From Myxococcales bacterium (lineage in GTDB: Bacteria > Myxococcota_A > Polyangia > Palsa-1104), in contig JAYUBF010000272.1 in the NCBI GenBank assembly GCA_043741435.1, positions 3,387-67,386 of the forward strand: 64,000 nt of DNA, written 5' to 3'. This document shows positions 58,501 to 64,000 of this stretch, in pieces (the stretch's first letter is position 1; every line of letters starts with the position of its first letter). Below the pieces are notes generated by a model. The model saw only the letters and a list, made by a program, of their open reading frames with translations. It had not been told where the DNA came from and searched no databases. The translations under genes were made by a program, and so were the position numbers.

Positions 58501-59799
58501 ATGGCGCTGTCCTACGATTCTTCGTGCGGTCCTGCGGTCAACGGTCTCGCTGCCGTGCTCGAGAGCCGAGGCGATTGGGCTCAGCTCCTCGAGCTCCTCG
58601 AGGTCCGCGCCGAGCAAGGTCCGCCCGAAGAGCGCGCCGAAGCGCTACGGGGATTGGCCCGCATCGCCTCGGGGCACATGAACGATGCCGCGCGTGCGGA
58701 GCGCTATCTGCGCGACGCCATCGAGCTCGCCCCGAAGCGCGAGGACTACGAGCTGCTTTTGAAGACCCACGGCGACGATCCGAGCCGCCGGGCAGAACGT
58801 CGCGACCTCATCGCCGCGCTCGTCGGGCTCGGCGGACCGTTGTTGCCGCGCATCATCGAGATCGGCCGCGAGCTCGTCGCCGAGGGCCACCGTCACTGGG
58901 CGTGGAGCCTCCTCGCGCCGCTCATGAACACCACGTTGTCGGAGCCGGCGTTGAAGACGCTGGTGCTCGATCTGCGCAAGGAGTTCGAGAAGGCCGAGAC
59001 GGTGGGTCGGCTCACGCCCACCACTCACGAGCAGGTGCGCTCGTCGGACGTACCGGCGGCGTTGTTCGCGATTCTCGAGGACATCGGTGCGATGGGCGCT
59101 GTCGGGCCCACGACGCTCGATGGCATGACCCTCGGCAAGCTCGACGCACGTACGGCGGTGGGCAAGACGTTCCTCGCCCTCGGCGAGCGCCTCGGCCACG
59201 CGAATGCCGCGTTGTTCCGCGCGCAAGAGCTGACGGTTCCGTTCGTGGTCCTCGACGGTGACACTCCACAAGTGGTGCTGCGCGCCGACCTGGTGCAGCT
59301 CATGGCGCCGGGGGAGACGAACTTCCTGTTCACCATGGCGCTCGAGCATGCGCGGTCGGGCGCGCGGGGCGTGCTGTCGCTGCCGGCGTCGGAGCAGCCG
59401 TGGTTCCTGGCCGCGCTGCTCGACGTGCTGGGTATCGCACCCGCACCGGCCGAGGCGGCTGATCTGAAGTCGCGGATCGCAGCGGTCATTCCCGCCAACC
59501 GTCGCGCGGACCTGGCAGCACGGCTCAATCCCGACGACCGCGGGCGCCTCACCGCGCGTGACGCGGGGGCGCGCCTGGCGAGTGGCCTCATCGAGACGGC
59601 GCGCCGAGTCGCGCTCGTGGCTGCGGCCGATCTCCGCTTCGCAGCCAAGGTGCTCACCCGCCTCGACGACACACTGCCGAAGATGCCGACCGCCGGTCGG
59701 ATGGACGATCTCGACGACTTCCTCACCAACGCCGCGCCGATCCGCCAGTTGGTCGCGTTTGCCGCGAGCTCCCAGTTCGCTCGTGCCTTCGGCGGCTAG
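52540..59799 (+). CDS. Giant TPR/alpha-solenoid repeat protein (about 2400 aa)
   Basis: A single 7.26-kb ORF. It has an acidic, Pro-rich N-terminal 250 aa, then dozens of TPR-like repeats ('A...YE.VL..DP.N..AL..L...Y...G.W..L'), then a non-repeat C-terminal region of about 350 aa. The start is uncertain; GTG 52591 follows a GGAGGA. Confidence 0.8.
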   Translation: MCVPAAGGITTASAGGSVADKKLPKAPAKESHPDEPFRSISTPAHTEPNSFTIDDEPLDLADIEGLLDEAMPTDFPASDTGLGAAPLPPPLPAVEDATESRTSIGEDPFDPSQPQSIHEAFTTEGPRGLDKDGPTQHGQAMDSSNWDLPPIGEPVGDSGATGPEHLTSEPDLQAEAAARIEHEMAQAAEAARAADEARAAEAARATARASAQPAGAEVRAPQAPRSANTNKIKLEEHVEPTAAELAAATEFRRVSQQLARARDWKQLAEVTINALQQSWSQPPEARSTLLADLGRLQRDRLGDQAAAERTFQQLVLIEPANVDGFAFLVDVYESRGAWRPLYDLHVAAVEATWDPKERLSWTRRAVQIAEERLLSSELSIEAWERLAKLGDAVDETSHALGEAYRAAGRWDRLTDFLERSTASTAGAERRLQLREVAEASLSGLRDAERAARLLNKLLVERPQDPIALLMLARVEARRKNWDPLFSLGTRPVLEHPNGTPDAITTNDLRRIAADALAAGGELDRAAEIYDLILRERPGEQEAIEAKERYLAQSGRVAELVDFLAERAQQSPEDKRGKLLERAALIAEKDLESPARAIGLWQIRAQLPHGRMEALRALEALHEAQGDDEGLRADLEDQLRLVQSTAQRIELLRRLGRHAAHRMKDDVAAERCWAEILRAVPDDRAVRDELVALHRRRGDYAALDRTFEAQAWRPADDGEMRALWRAAAENVELNLSDTARAGAAWRRVLDLEPGDAGALVAIVRHERHFAGVAGATGDGRPLIAALEGQLRQLGSQGRVDLGMEVGAQWEKIGDRAAASAAYERVLWWAPGELSAIEHLLQLRGEHDRSTSAALLDRAAGELSVGSPERLALIRQQIELVPETDPLGRFYAWRRLYRMAVPNDTVVKQMTAFAIEAGAFRELEAVLIDLAAGATDPLERRSHNAVLAGLYESKLQDPLRALLAHTLSRHDTVASLVELEPMLKLCEVTQRFEDAYALLGVATRHDAPADVRVEAIRRRIVMAETRLHDPERAFHECTRLLVADPGDEKTLQNAKRLAGACKLGRALDALYTELGDRADTPKAWAAITRERYQLRAGELADPAGALDQLWLLYQLVPSKETEGLLLDAAEQHNSWDRALAVIEARVRAGVTGASLLNLAQVAELHEQKRNDAERALELSAAALVEGQADDASAMEDAIARLAEATGRWNWLVESFRVAASRSGDPGRALRHYRKVAAIYGESLKMPELALDMHRRILQLDGNDLASLEVSIEHLGKAELWRELRDALQHWVQVSLTSGSDRKNVVDRKLQLAAISRDRLGDPELALSTFAEVLEIDPANQAAMTGIESLTGGAMTPELEVRRLHLELQRVVPERRVELVLRIAKLHEDQLQDRKSAIFVLRDLLKETGAAGPGFLPLRELYQRSEAWLALIELLEAHAQVVTGPAREQALDEALTLAEAHATEAGAERAERLCRALAQARPDDMEARRRLLSLLRATGRFEELADRIEESLGRLGEPDDDDDEHRELRSLGETELAHLLERQLGKPADAAALLRAQIERRPERRDAILELAGVKLRQNDVAAYISLRTEHAKTLPASLAAYVLCHLAEVTDEKIGDQAKVLDLYRAARAVDPANPAALDALKAVGRRAKSWRTGAALLPEPGEREMSWTERSAKLAARGEALRTTDATQSRMWFERAIATHADNHQAWTSLAQIAKTLHEPDEERAAARAALYAFMRGTGSDPAQQAEHAQLVLSYAELLRAHGETSLAAHLAWHAYEVQPTLPAAALRVGAELLSEQRTSEAYAIYDRLLGAPQTLSPKERLEATFRRGALRARFGDHEAAIADFREGLRIEELYPPLLGELAQVLAASGRVANAAVHHIQALLLSSEKARRANLYAQLGRLFEGALGDPEEAGVCFDRAIAAGSVDPQVMRRALGHYRMSGQIDRALSVIEQLVPSTQRPEDLAALWAERGRLLTERDPDKAVEAFDMALSYDSSCGPAVNGLAAVLESRGDWAQLLELLEVRAEQGPPEERAEALRGLARIASGHMNDAARAERYLRDAIELAPKREDYELLLKTHGDDPSRRAERRDLIAALVGLGGPLLPRIIEIGRELVAEGHRHWAWSLLAPLMNTTLSEPALKTLVLDLRKEFEKAETVGRLTPTTHEQVRSSDVPAALFAILEDIGAMGAVGPTTLDGMTLGKLDARTAVGKTFLALGERLGHANAALFRAQELTVPFVVLDGDTPQVVLRADLVQLMAPGETNFLFTMALEHARSGARGVLSLPASEQPWFLAALLDVLGIAPAPAEAADLKSRIAAVIPANRRADLAARLNPDDRGRLTARDAGARLASGLIETARRVALVAAADLRFAAKVLTRLDDTLPKMPTAGRMDDLDDFLTNAAPIRQLVAFAASSQFARAFGG

Positions 59800-59831
59800 A
59801 CCCCGGCGAGGCGTCGTGTTAGGCATGCCGC

Positions 59832-60320
59832 TTGGAAATGGCCCGGGCAGCATCGCTACCCCTCAGACCCTCACTGGCAAACCAGCTGCGGGATTACGCC
59901 GACTTCCACTCCAGCCGCGCCAGTCTCCTCGTCGCTGCGGCGGCTGCCGCGTTCTGCTCGTTCGGGCTGCTTGCGATGTCGTCATGGATCACCGTCGGTG
60001 CTCCTTCAGGCCATCCGCTCCACCTCGGACACGCGTTGTTCCTCGCGGTGGTCATGATCTACGCGCGGCGGGACTTTGCGCTCACCGGCTTCTTGGCGCC
60101 GCTGCTCGCGCTGAGCTTTTCGTTTGCGGCGATCGCGCCCCGCGGGCTGGTGGTTGCACTGGCGGTGATTGGTGGCGCGCTCCAGCTCGGCCCGCTCGTT
60201 CGCCGCGCACCGAGGCCGACCCTCGCCAAGACCTTGCTTCATGCCCTGATCGGTCCCTTGTTCTTTGCTGCCTTCCTGCTCGGCTTGTGGCCGACGCGGA
60301 AGGCGACCTTGGCTCTCTAG
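59832..60320 (+). CDS. Hypothetical integral membrane protein (about 4 TM)
   Basis: Four hydrophobic segments. It lies immediately downstream of the TPR giant. Confidence 0.55.
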   Translation: MEMARAASLPLRPSLANQLRDYADFHSSRASLLVAAAAAAFCSFGLLAMSSWITVGAPSGHPLHLGHALFLAVVMIYARRDFALTGFLAPLLALSFSFAAIAPRGLVVALAVIGGALQLGPLVRRAPRPTLAKTLLHALIGPLFFAAFLLGLWPTRKATLAL

Positions 60321-60325
60321 CGTAG

Positions 60326-61126
60326 TTGGAGGACGACGTGTCCGCTGCAATCCCCGAGGCTCTTCGCACCCAGATCGACACCATCACCGACAAGTGCCGC
60401 GCGGCCTTTCACGAGATCGACGCAGCCATCGAGTCCGGTGAGAAGCAACGCCAACTCGACGCGGGTCAAGCGATCGAAGATCTGGCGAAAGAGTATCGCG
60501 AGCTCGCAGCGGCCCACGCGGGTGACGAGCGCAAGGCCGTCGAGCGCGCGCTCGATCGTCGCATCGTGGATCTGCGTCGCTCGGCCTCCTCCCTGGTGCA
60601 GCGCGTCGGTGGCGCCAAGGCCGTTCGCGCACACGACTTCGGTTCCGTCCCGTTCCTCGAGCAGCGTTCGCCGTCGAGCGGCCCGGCACCGGCCGAGTGG
60701 CCCACTCTCGCGCCGAAGCGCGTCGGCGTCGGCACCGAGATCGAGTCGTGGTGCGGCAAGTGCAAAGACATGCGCACCCACAGCATCGTGGCGATGGTCG
60801 GCGATCTTCCGAAGCAGGTCATCTGCACTGCTTGCCGCAGCACGCACAACCACCGCGCCGAGCCCCCTGCGCGCAGCCGTCCTCCCGTCGAGACCGAAGC
60901 GGCGCCCGTCGCTCGTGAGCGTTCACGTCGCGAAGAGATCCGTCGCGACCTGCAACGCGAGCTCAACGCCAGCATCGCGGTCCGCAACTTTGACCCCAAG
61001 GCGACCTACAAGCGCGGCGAGATCATCTCGCACCCCACGCACGGTCGCGGCAAGATCGAGAACGTGTTGAAGGGCAGCTTGCTCGTGCGCTTCCTCGAAG
61101 GCCTTCGCCCCGTCGACCTCACGTAA
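60326..61126 (+). CDS. Hypothetical zinc-ribbon protein
   Basis: The CxxC...CxxC motif is 'CGKCKDMRTHSIVAMVGDLPKQVICTACRS'. There is a helical N-terminus and a C-terminal 'YKRGEIISHPTHGRGKIENV' SH3-like segment. Confidence 0.55.
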   Translation: MEDDVSAAIPEALRTQIDTITDKCRAAFHEIDAAIESGEKQRQLDAGQAIEDLAKEYRELAAAHAGDERKAVERALDRRIVDLRRSASSLVQRVGGAKAVRAHDFGSVPFLEQRSPSSGPAPAEWPTLAPKRVGVGTEIESWCGKCKDMRTHSIVAMVGDLPKQVICTACRSTHNHRAEPPARSRPPVETEAAPVARERSRREEIRRDLQRELNASIAVRNFDPKATYKRGEIISHPTHGRGKIENVLKGSLLVRFLEGLRPVDLT

Positions 61127-61136
61127 AGACTCGGCG

Positions 61137-61826
61137 TTACTTGGTAGCGATGACGACCGTGCGGATGCGGCTGGGTGTCGTTGGTGGCTCGCCGCGAACG
61201 ATTTTCGGGAGCACGGCGAGGCCGACGGCGACCTTCCCGAAGATCGTGTATTTCTGGTCGAGGCTGGGGACTGCGGCCAGCGTGATGAAGAACTGCGACG
61301 AGTTCGTGCTCGGGTCGTCGGACCGGGCCATACCGACGACGCCGGCGGCGTCGTAGTTGAGCGACGGGTCTACTTCGAGACCGAACTGGTAGCCGGCATT
61401 GCCGATGCCCCAGCTGCTGGGACTGCCGTCGATGGTGTTGGGGTCCCCGCCCTGGGCGACGAAGCCGTCGATGACGCGATGGAAGGCGATGCCTTCGAAG
61501 AAGTGATGCAGCGCGAGGAAGACGAACGAGCTCGTGGTCATCGGCGCCTTCGCGGTGTTGAGCTCGATGACGAAGCAGCCGACGTCGGTGTCAACGGCCG
61601 CGACGTAGCTCTTGCCGGCCTCCAGCGATGGCTCGGCGTGGTCGAAGCTGCGCACCGGCGAGTCGGTCACGTAGGCGACGGGCTTGGCGCCGGATGGCAG
61701 ACACGGGCTGGCAATGAGCGCGTGCGCCAGGTCAGTGGTGGTGGAGGTGGCCATGTCGGCCACCGAGGGGGTCGAGGTGGCACCGCAGGCGGACAGCAGG
61801 ACAGAAATCACTAGGAAGGGACGCAT
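61137..61826 (-). CDS. Cyclophilin-type peptidyl-prolyl isomerase, lipoprotein
   Basis: Lipobox 'VLLSACG'. Cyclophilin motifs 'FHRVIDGFVAQGGDP', 'GVVGMARS' and 'NSSQFFITL'. Confidence 0.9.
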   Translation of the reverse strand: MRPFLVISVLLSACGATSTPSVADMATSTTTDLAHALIASPCLPSGAKPVAYVTDSPVRSFDHAEPSLEAGKSYVAAVDTDVGCFVIELNTAKAPMTTSSFVFLALHHFFEGIAFHRVIDGFVAQGGDPNTIDGSPSSWGIGNAGYQFGLEVDPSLNYDAAGVVGMARSDDPSTNSSQFFITLAAVPSLDQKYTIFGKVAVGLAVLPKIVRGEPPTTPSRIRTVVIATK

Positions 61827-62016
61827 CCGCGCACCCTATCCCGACTCCAGGTTGAGTTGATCCGCTATCGGCCAGGCCAAGCCTGGCCTTCGCTCACATC
61901 GCTTCGCTCTACATGATCGAGTCAACATGGATCGGGTCTAGCGCAAACGGCTTCATGAGCGAATGCGCGCGCGCAGCTGTAAAAAGCGAGACGCGGCGTT
62001 TACTATTGCCGTTCCG

Positions 62017-62076
62017 ACGTGGATCGTCAGGCTTGCGCTGCGGCATCCGTACACGTTCGTCGTCCTCGCGACATTG
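62017..62076 (+). pseudogene. 20-codon remnant resembling the N-terminus of an RND efflux permease
   Basis: 'TWIVRLALRHPYTFVVLATL' matches the conserved 'MWIVR.ALR.PYTFVV.A.L' start of AcrB/CzcA-type permeases. It has ACG in place of ATG and breaks off after 20 codons. Confidence 0.4.
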
Positions 62077-62278
62077 CGTGCTCGACGGTGAGCTGGTGAT
62101 GCCGCGCAACGACGGTCTCGACTTCGACGGGCTGCAGATGCGGCTCCACCCAGCCGCCTCGCGCGTGAAGAAGCTGGCGCAGGAGAGCCCGGCCGCGTTC
62201 GTCGCGTTCGTCGCGTTCGCGGCGGCGGGTCGCGATGTGCGCGAACTGCGGCGGCGCGCACTTCTGTTAGAAGAACTC
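62075..62278 (+). pseudogene. Internal fragment of an ATP-dependent DNA ligase (LigC/LigD ligase domain)
   Basis: 'VLDGELV...DFDGLQMRLHPAASRVKKLAQESPAAFVAF[VAF]AAAGRDVRELRRRALLLEEL' matches the motif III-IV region. The upstream KxDG motif and the downstream OB domain are absent. It contains a 9-bp tandem triplication (62195-62221). Confidence 0.6.
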
Positions 62279-62479
62279 GCCACCGATGTCGTTCACATAC
62301 CGGACCAGCCCCTTAGGTCGAGCGCCCGCGCCTCGCAGGGCCCCGGGGGCGACCGCGAGGTAATAGCGGACGACGTCGAGCTTGGTATGTCCCGAGTCGG
62401 CGAACAGCGCCTTGCGCGGGCTCGAGATGGAGACCGCGTGCCCGTCGATCGCCAGGACCTCCACCTCTTTTGACGCCAT
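62267..62479 (-). pseudogene. N-terminal fragment of a LigD-type primase-polymerase domain
   Basis: 'MASKEVEVLAIDGHAVSISSPRKALFADSGHTKLDVVRYYLAVAPGAL...RPKGLVRYVNDIGGEFF' stops at TAA exactly where FFQK is expected. The rest of the domain is missing. Confidence 0.6.
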
Positions 62480-62521
62480 GGTCCGCAAGCAGACCAGAAC
62501 TCGACGTCGCGCGCGAAGCAC

Positions 62522-63148
62522 TTAGAACGGCAGGCGCGCACGTGGCGAATCGCGGAGGAAGCACCCCTCGTCGTGCTCATTGATCACGCCGGCCGCGCGT
62601 AACCAGGCGTGCACGATGAGCGGGCCGATGAAGCGGAAGCCGCGGTCAACGAGCGCCTCCGCGACGTCGATGGCCAGTACGGCGTGCTCGGGCCACTCCA
62701 CCGGGCCGCCGGCCGCGCTCCAGATGAGCGACGCGAGATCTTCACCCGCCGCCTCCATGGCGAGGTACGCGCGCGCGTTCTCGATGACTGCGAGCACCTT
62801 CGGGTGCGATCGCACGATGCCCTCGTCATGCATGAGCCGCGCGATGTCCCGCGTGCCGTAGCGCGCGACGATCTCGGGATCGAAACGATCGAACGCGTCT
62901 CGAAATGCCTCTCGCTTGCGGAGGATGATCGCCCACGACAGCCCGGCTTGGAACACACCGAGCATGAGAGCTTCCCACAGCGTGCGGCTCGCCAGCTCGG
63001 GCTTGCCCCACTCGTCATCGTGGTAAGCGACGAGGAGGGGGTCGTTGTCGGCCCACGTGCATCGGATGATGCCGCGGGTCGATGGCGCTTCGGGTCGCGA
63101 TTCGAGCTCTGTAGATTCCACGTCACGCCGCCTGCGCGAGCGGGCCAT
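62522..63148 (-). CDS. tag: DNA-3-methyladenine glycosylase I
   Basis: Motifs 'CTWADNDPLLVAYHDDEWGKPE', 'LMLGVFQAGLSW' and 'VINEHDEGCF' (Zn-binding Cys/His pattern). An alternative GTG start at 63121 would abut rather than overlap the upstream ORF. Confidence 0.85.
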   Translation of the reverse strand: MARSRRRRDVESTELESRPEAPSTRGIIRCTWADNDPLLVAYHDDEWGKPELASRTLWEALMLGVFQAGLSWAIILRKREAFRDAFDRFDPEIVARYGTRDIARLMHDEGIVRSHPKVLAVIENARAYLAMEAAGEDLASLIWSAAGGPVEWPEHAVLAIDVAEALVDRGFRFIGPLIVHAWLRAAGVINEHDEGCFLRDSPRARLPF

Positions 63149-63770
63149 TCACGCCGACCTGCCGGAACGAGGCCTGCAGCGTGGGGCTCACGTAGCCGCG
63201 GCCGGCGCCGCCGTGGTGGGTGGCCACCACCAGGGGGGCGAGGTTCTCGAGGCGCGCGAGCGCGTCGACCCAGCGCTTGGTGGCGCCGCCGTGGCTCAGG
63301 ACCGCGATCATGTCGATCGGGCCCAGGCGACCGATGCGCCGAGGCGCGGTTGGGTCGAGCGCCTCCGCCGCGAACAACGGCAAGAGTCGCATCCCGCCGA
63401 GCTGCAGCACGCGTGCACCGGCGTCGGCGGGGAAGCGCGCCTGCGAGACGGCGGGCCACAGTAGCGCGGTGCCGCCGTTGCAGGCAAAGAGGCGGCTCGC
63501 GTGCTGCGCGGGTGGGCCGACGTCGAGGCCGAAGACCAACGCGGTGCTGGTGCGGCGAGCGATTACGCGGATGCGCTCGGCACACACCAGTGCCGCGTCC
63601 TCGTGCTCGAACGTGACGAGTCCCGCTGGCGCGATGACGATGCTCGGTGCACTGCGAGCGAGCGTTCCTTCCAGCACGGCGCTCACGACCGCGACGCCGT
63701 GATCGGCGCTCGCGCGGGTGCGCTCGGAGAGCGGAGGCGTAAGTAGGTGAATCGGAGTGCCAGGCATCAC
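63123..63770 (-). CDS. Hypothetical protein (215 aa) between recA and tag
   Basis: The GTG/ATG start overlaps the recA stop (GTGATG). G/C third-position bias is good. I find no recognisable catalytic motif. Confidence 0.5.
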   Translation of the reverse strand: MMPGTPIHLLTPPLSERTRASADHGVAVVSAVLEGTLARSAPSIVIAPAGLVTFEHEDAALVCAERIRVIARRTSTALVFGLDVGPPAQHASRLFACNGGTALLWPAVSQARFPADAGARVLQLGGMRLLPLFAAEALDPTAPRRIGRLGPIDMIAVLSHGGATKRWVDALARLENLAPLVVATHHGGAGRGYVSPTLQASFRQVGVNGPLAQAA

Positions 63771-64000
63771 GCTGCCACCTCCACCGGCGACTCGATCTCG
63801 ACGGGCGGGGTCGGCAAGGCCGTGCGCATGGCAGAGAGGAGGCGGGTGCGCAGCGCTTCGCGGATCTCGAGGTTCTCGCCGAGGAACGCCATCGCCTTGT
63901 CGCGGCCCTGGCCGATGCGCTCACCGTCGAGGATGTACCAGGCGCCCGACTTCTCCAACACGCCGTGTGTGGCGCCGAGATCGATGAGCTCACCGAGGAC
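63767..64000 (-). CDS. recA: Recombinase RecA, C-terminal part (gene continues beyond the window)
   Basis: The frame is open to the window edge. '[48 protein letters not shown]' is the conserved RecA C-terminal region. Confidence 0.9.
   Translation of the reverse strand, partial: VLGELIDLGATHGVLEKSGAWYILDGERIGQGRDKAMAFLGENLEIREALRTRLLSAMRTALPTPPVEIESPVEVAA

Noticed and set aside
62584-63993. 469-aa minus-strand ORF spanning tag, the 215-aa ORF and recA
   Set aside because: It is an alternative frame of three genes with clear or plausible products. It is extremely Arg/Pro/Ala-rich with no motifs.

Overview
Very GC-rich bacterial chromosome segment (third codon positions are almost always G/C, so long antisense shadow ORFs are everywhere). 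It looks like a Myxococcota (Polyangiia-like) genome. This is an inference from a MYXO-CTERM-like tail on a secreted S8 protease, an AgmX/PglI-type domain, a 2419-aa TPR giant and many secreted lipoproteins. I support about 55 coding genes. The recognisable core is housekeeping: recA (partial), tag, serS, an addAB-type helicase-nuclease, ihfB, argB/argC, mfd, rlmM-like, rluE-like, parvulin/SurA and cyclophilin PPIases, radC, two ECF sigma loci, a histidine kinase, vapBC and secreted proteases (S8, M28, S55, HExxH). I found no rRNA, tRNA, CRISPR array, prophage or known defence island. Things not explained by ordinary annotation: (1) a Y1/HUH RAYT-like transposase preceded by a 378-bp nested palindrome built from four REP-like 20-mers; (2) a Kelch-repeat gene with an in-frame TGA plus a frameshift; (3) an ECF sigma gene split by a frameshift that reads without a stop into a membrane-anchored AgmX/PglI-type domain; (4) a junkyard of three unrelated gene fragments (RND pump N-terminus, ATP-dependent ligase core, LigD-type polymerase N-terminus); (5) a cassette of reversed-domain-order aconitase, thiolase, LeuA-like enzyme and a 75-aa ORF; (6) an operon of degenerate methyltransferase, S55 peptidase and beta-propeller at the window centre; (7) several short tandem duplications, one giving three copies of a gene 3' end with TAA, TGA and TAG stops. 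No finding is a demonstrated new system; all are hypotheses. Product calls rest on motifs I recognise by eye, not on searches. CDS coordinates were cross-checked by codon arithmetic against the ORF track. Hand-counted coordinates of small non-coding features may be off by 1-2 nt.
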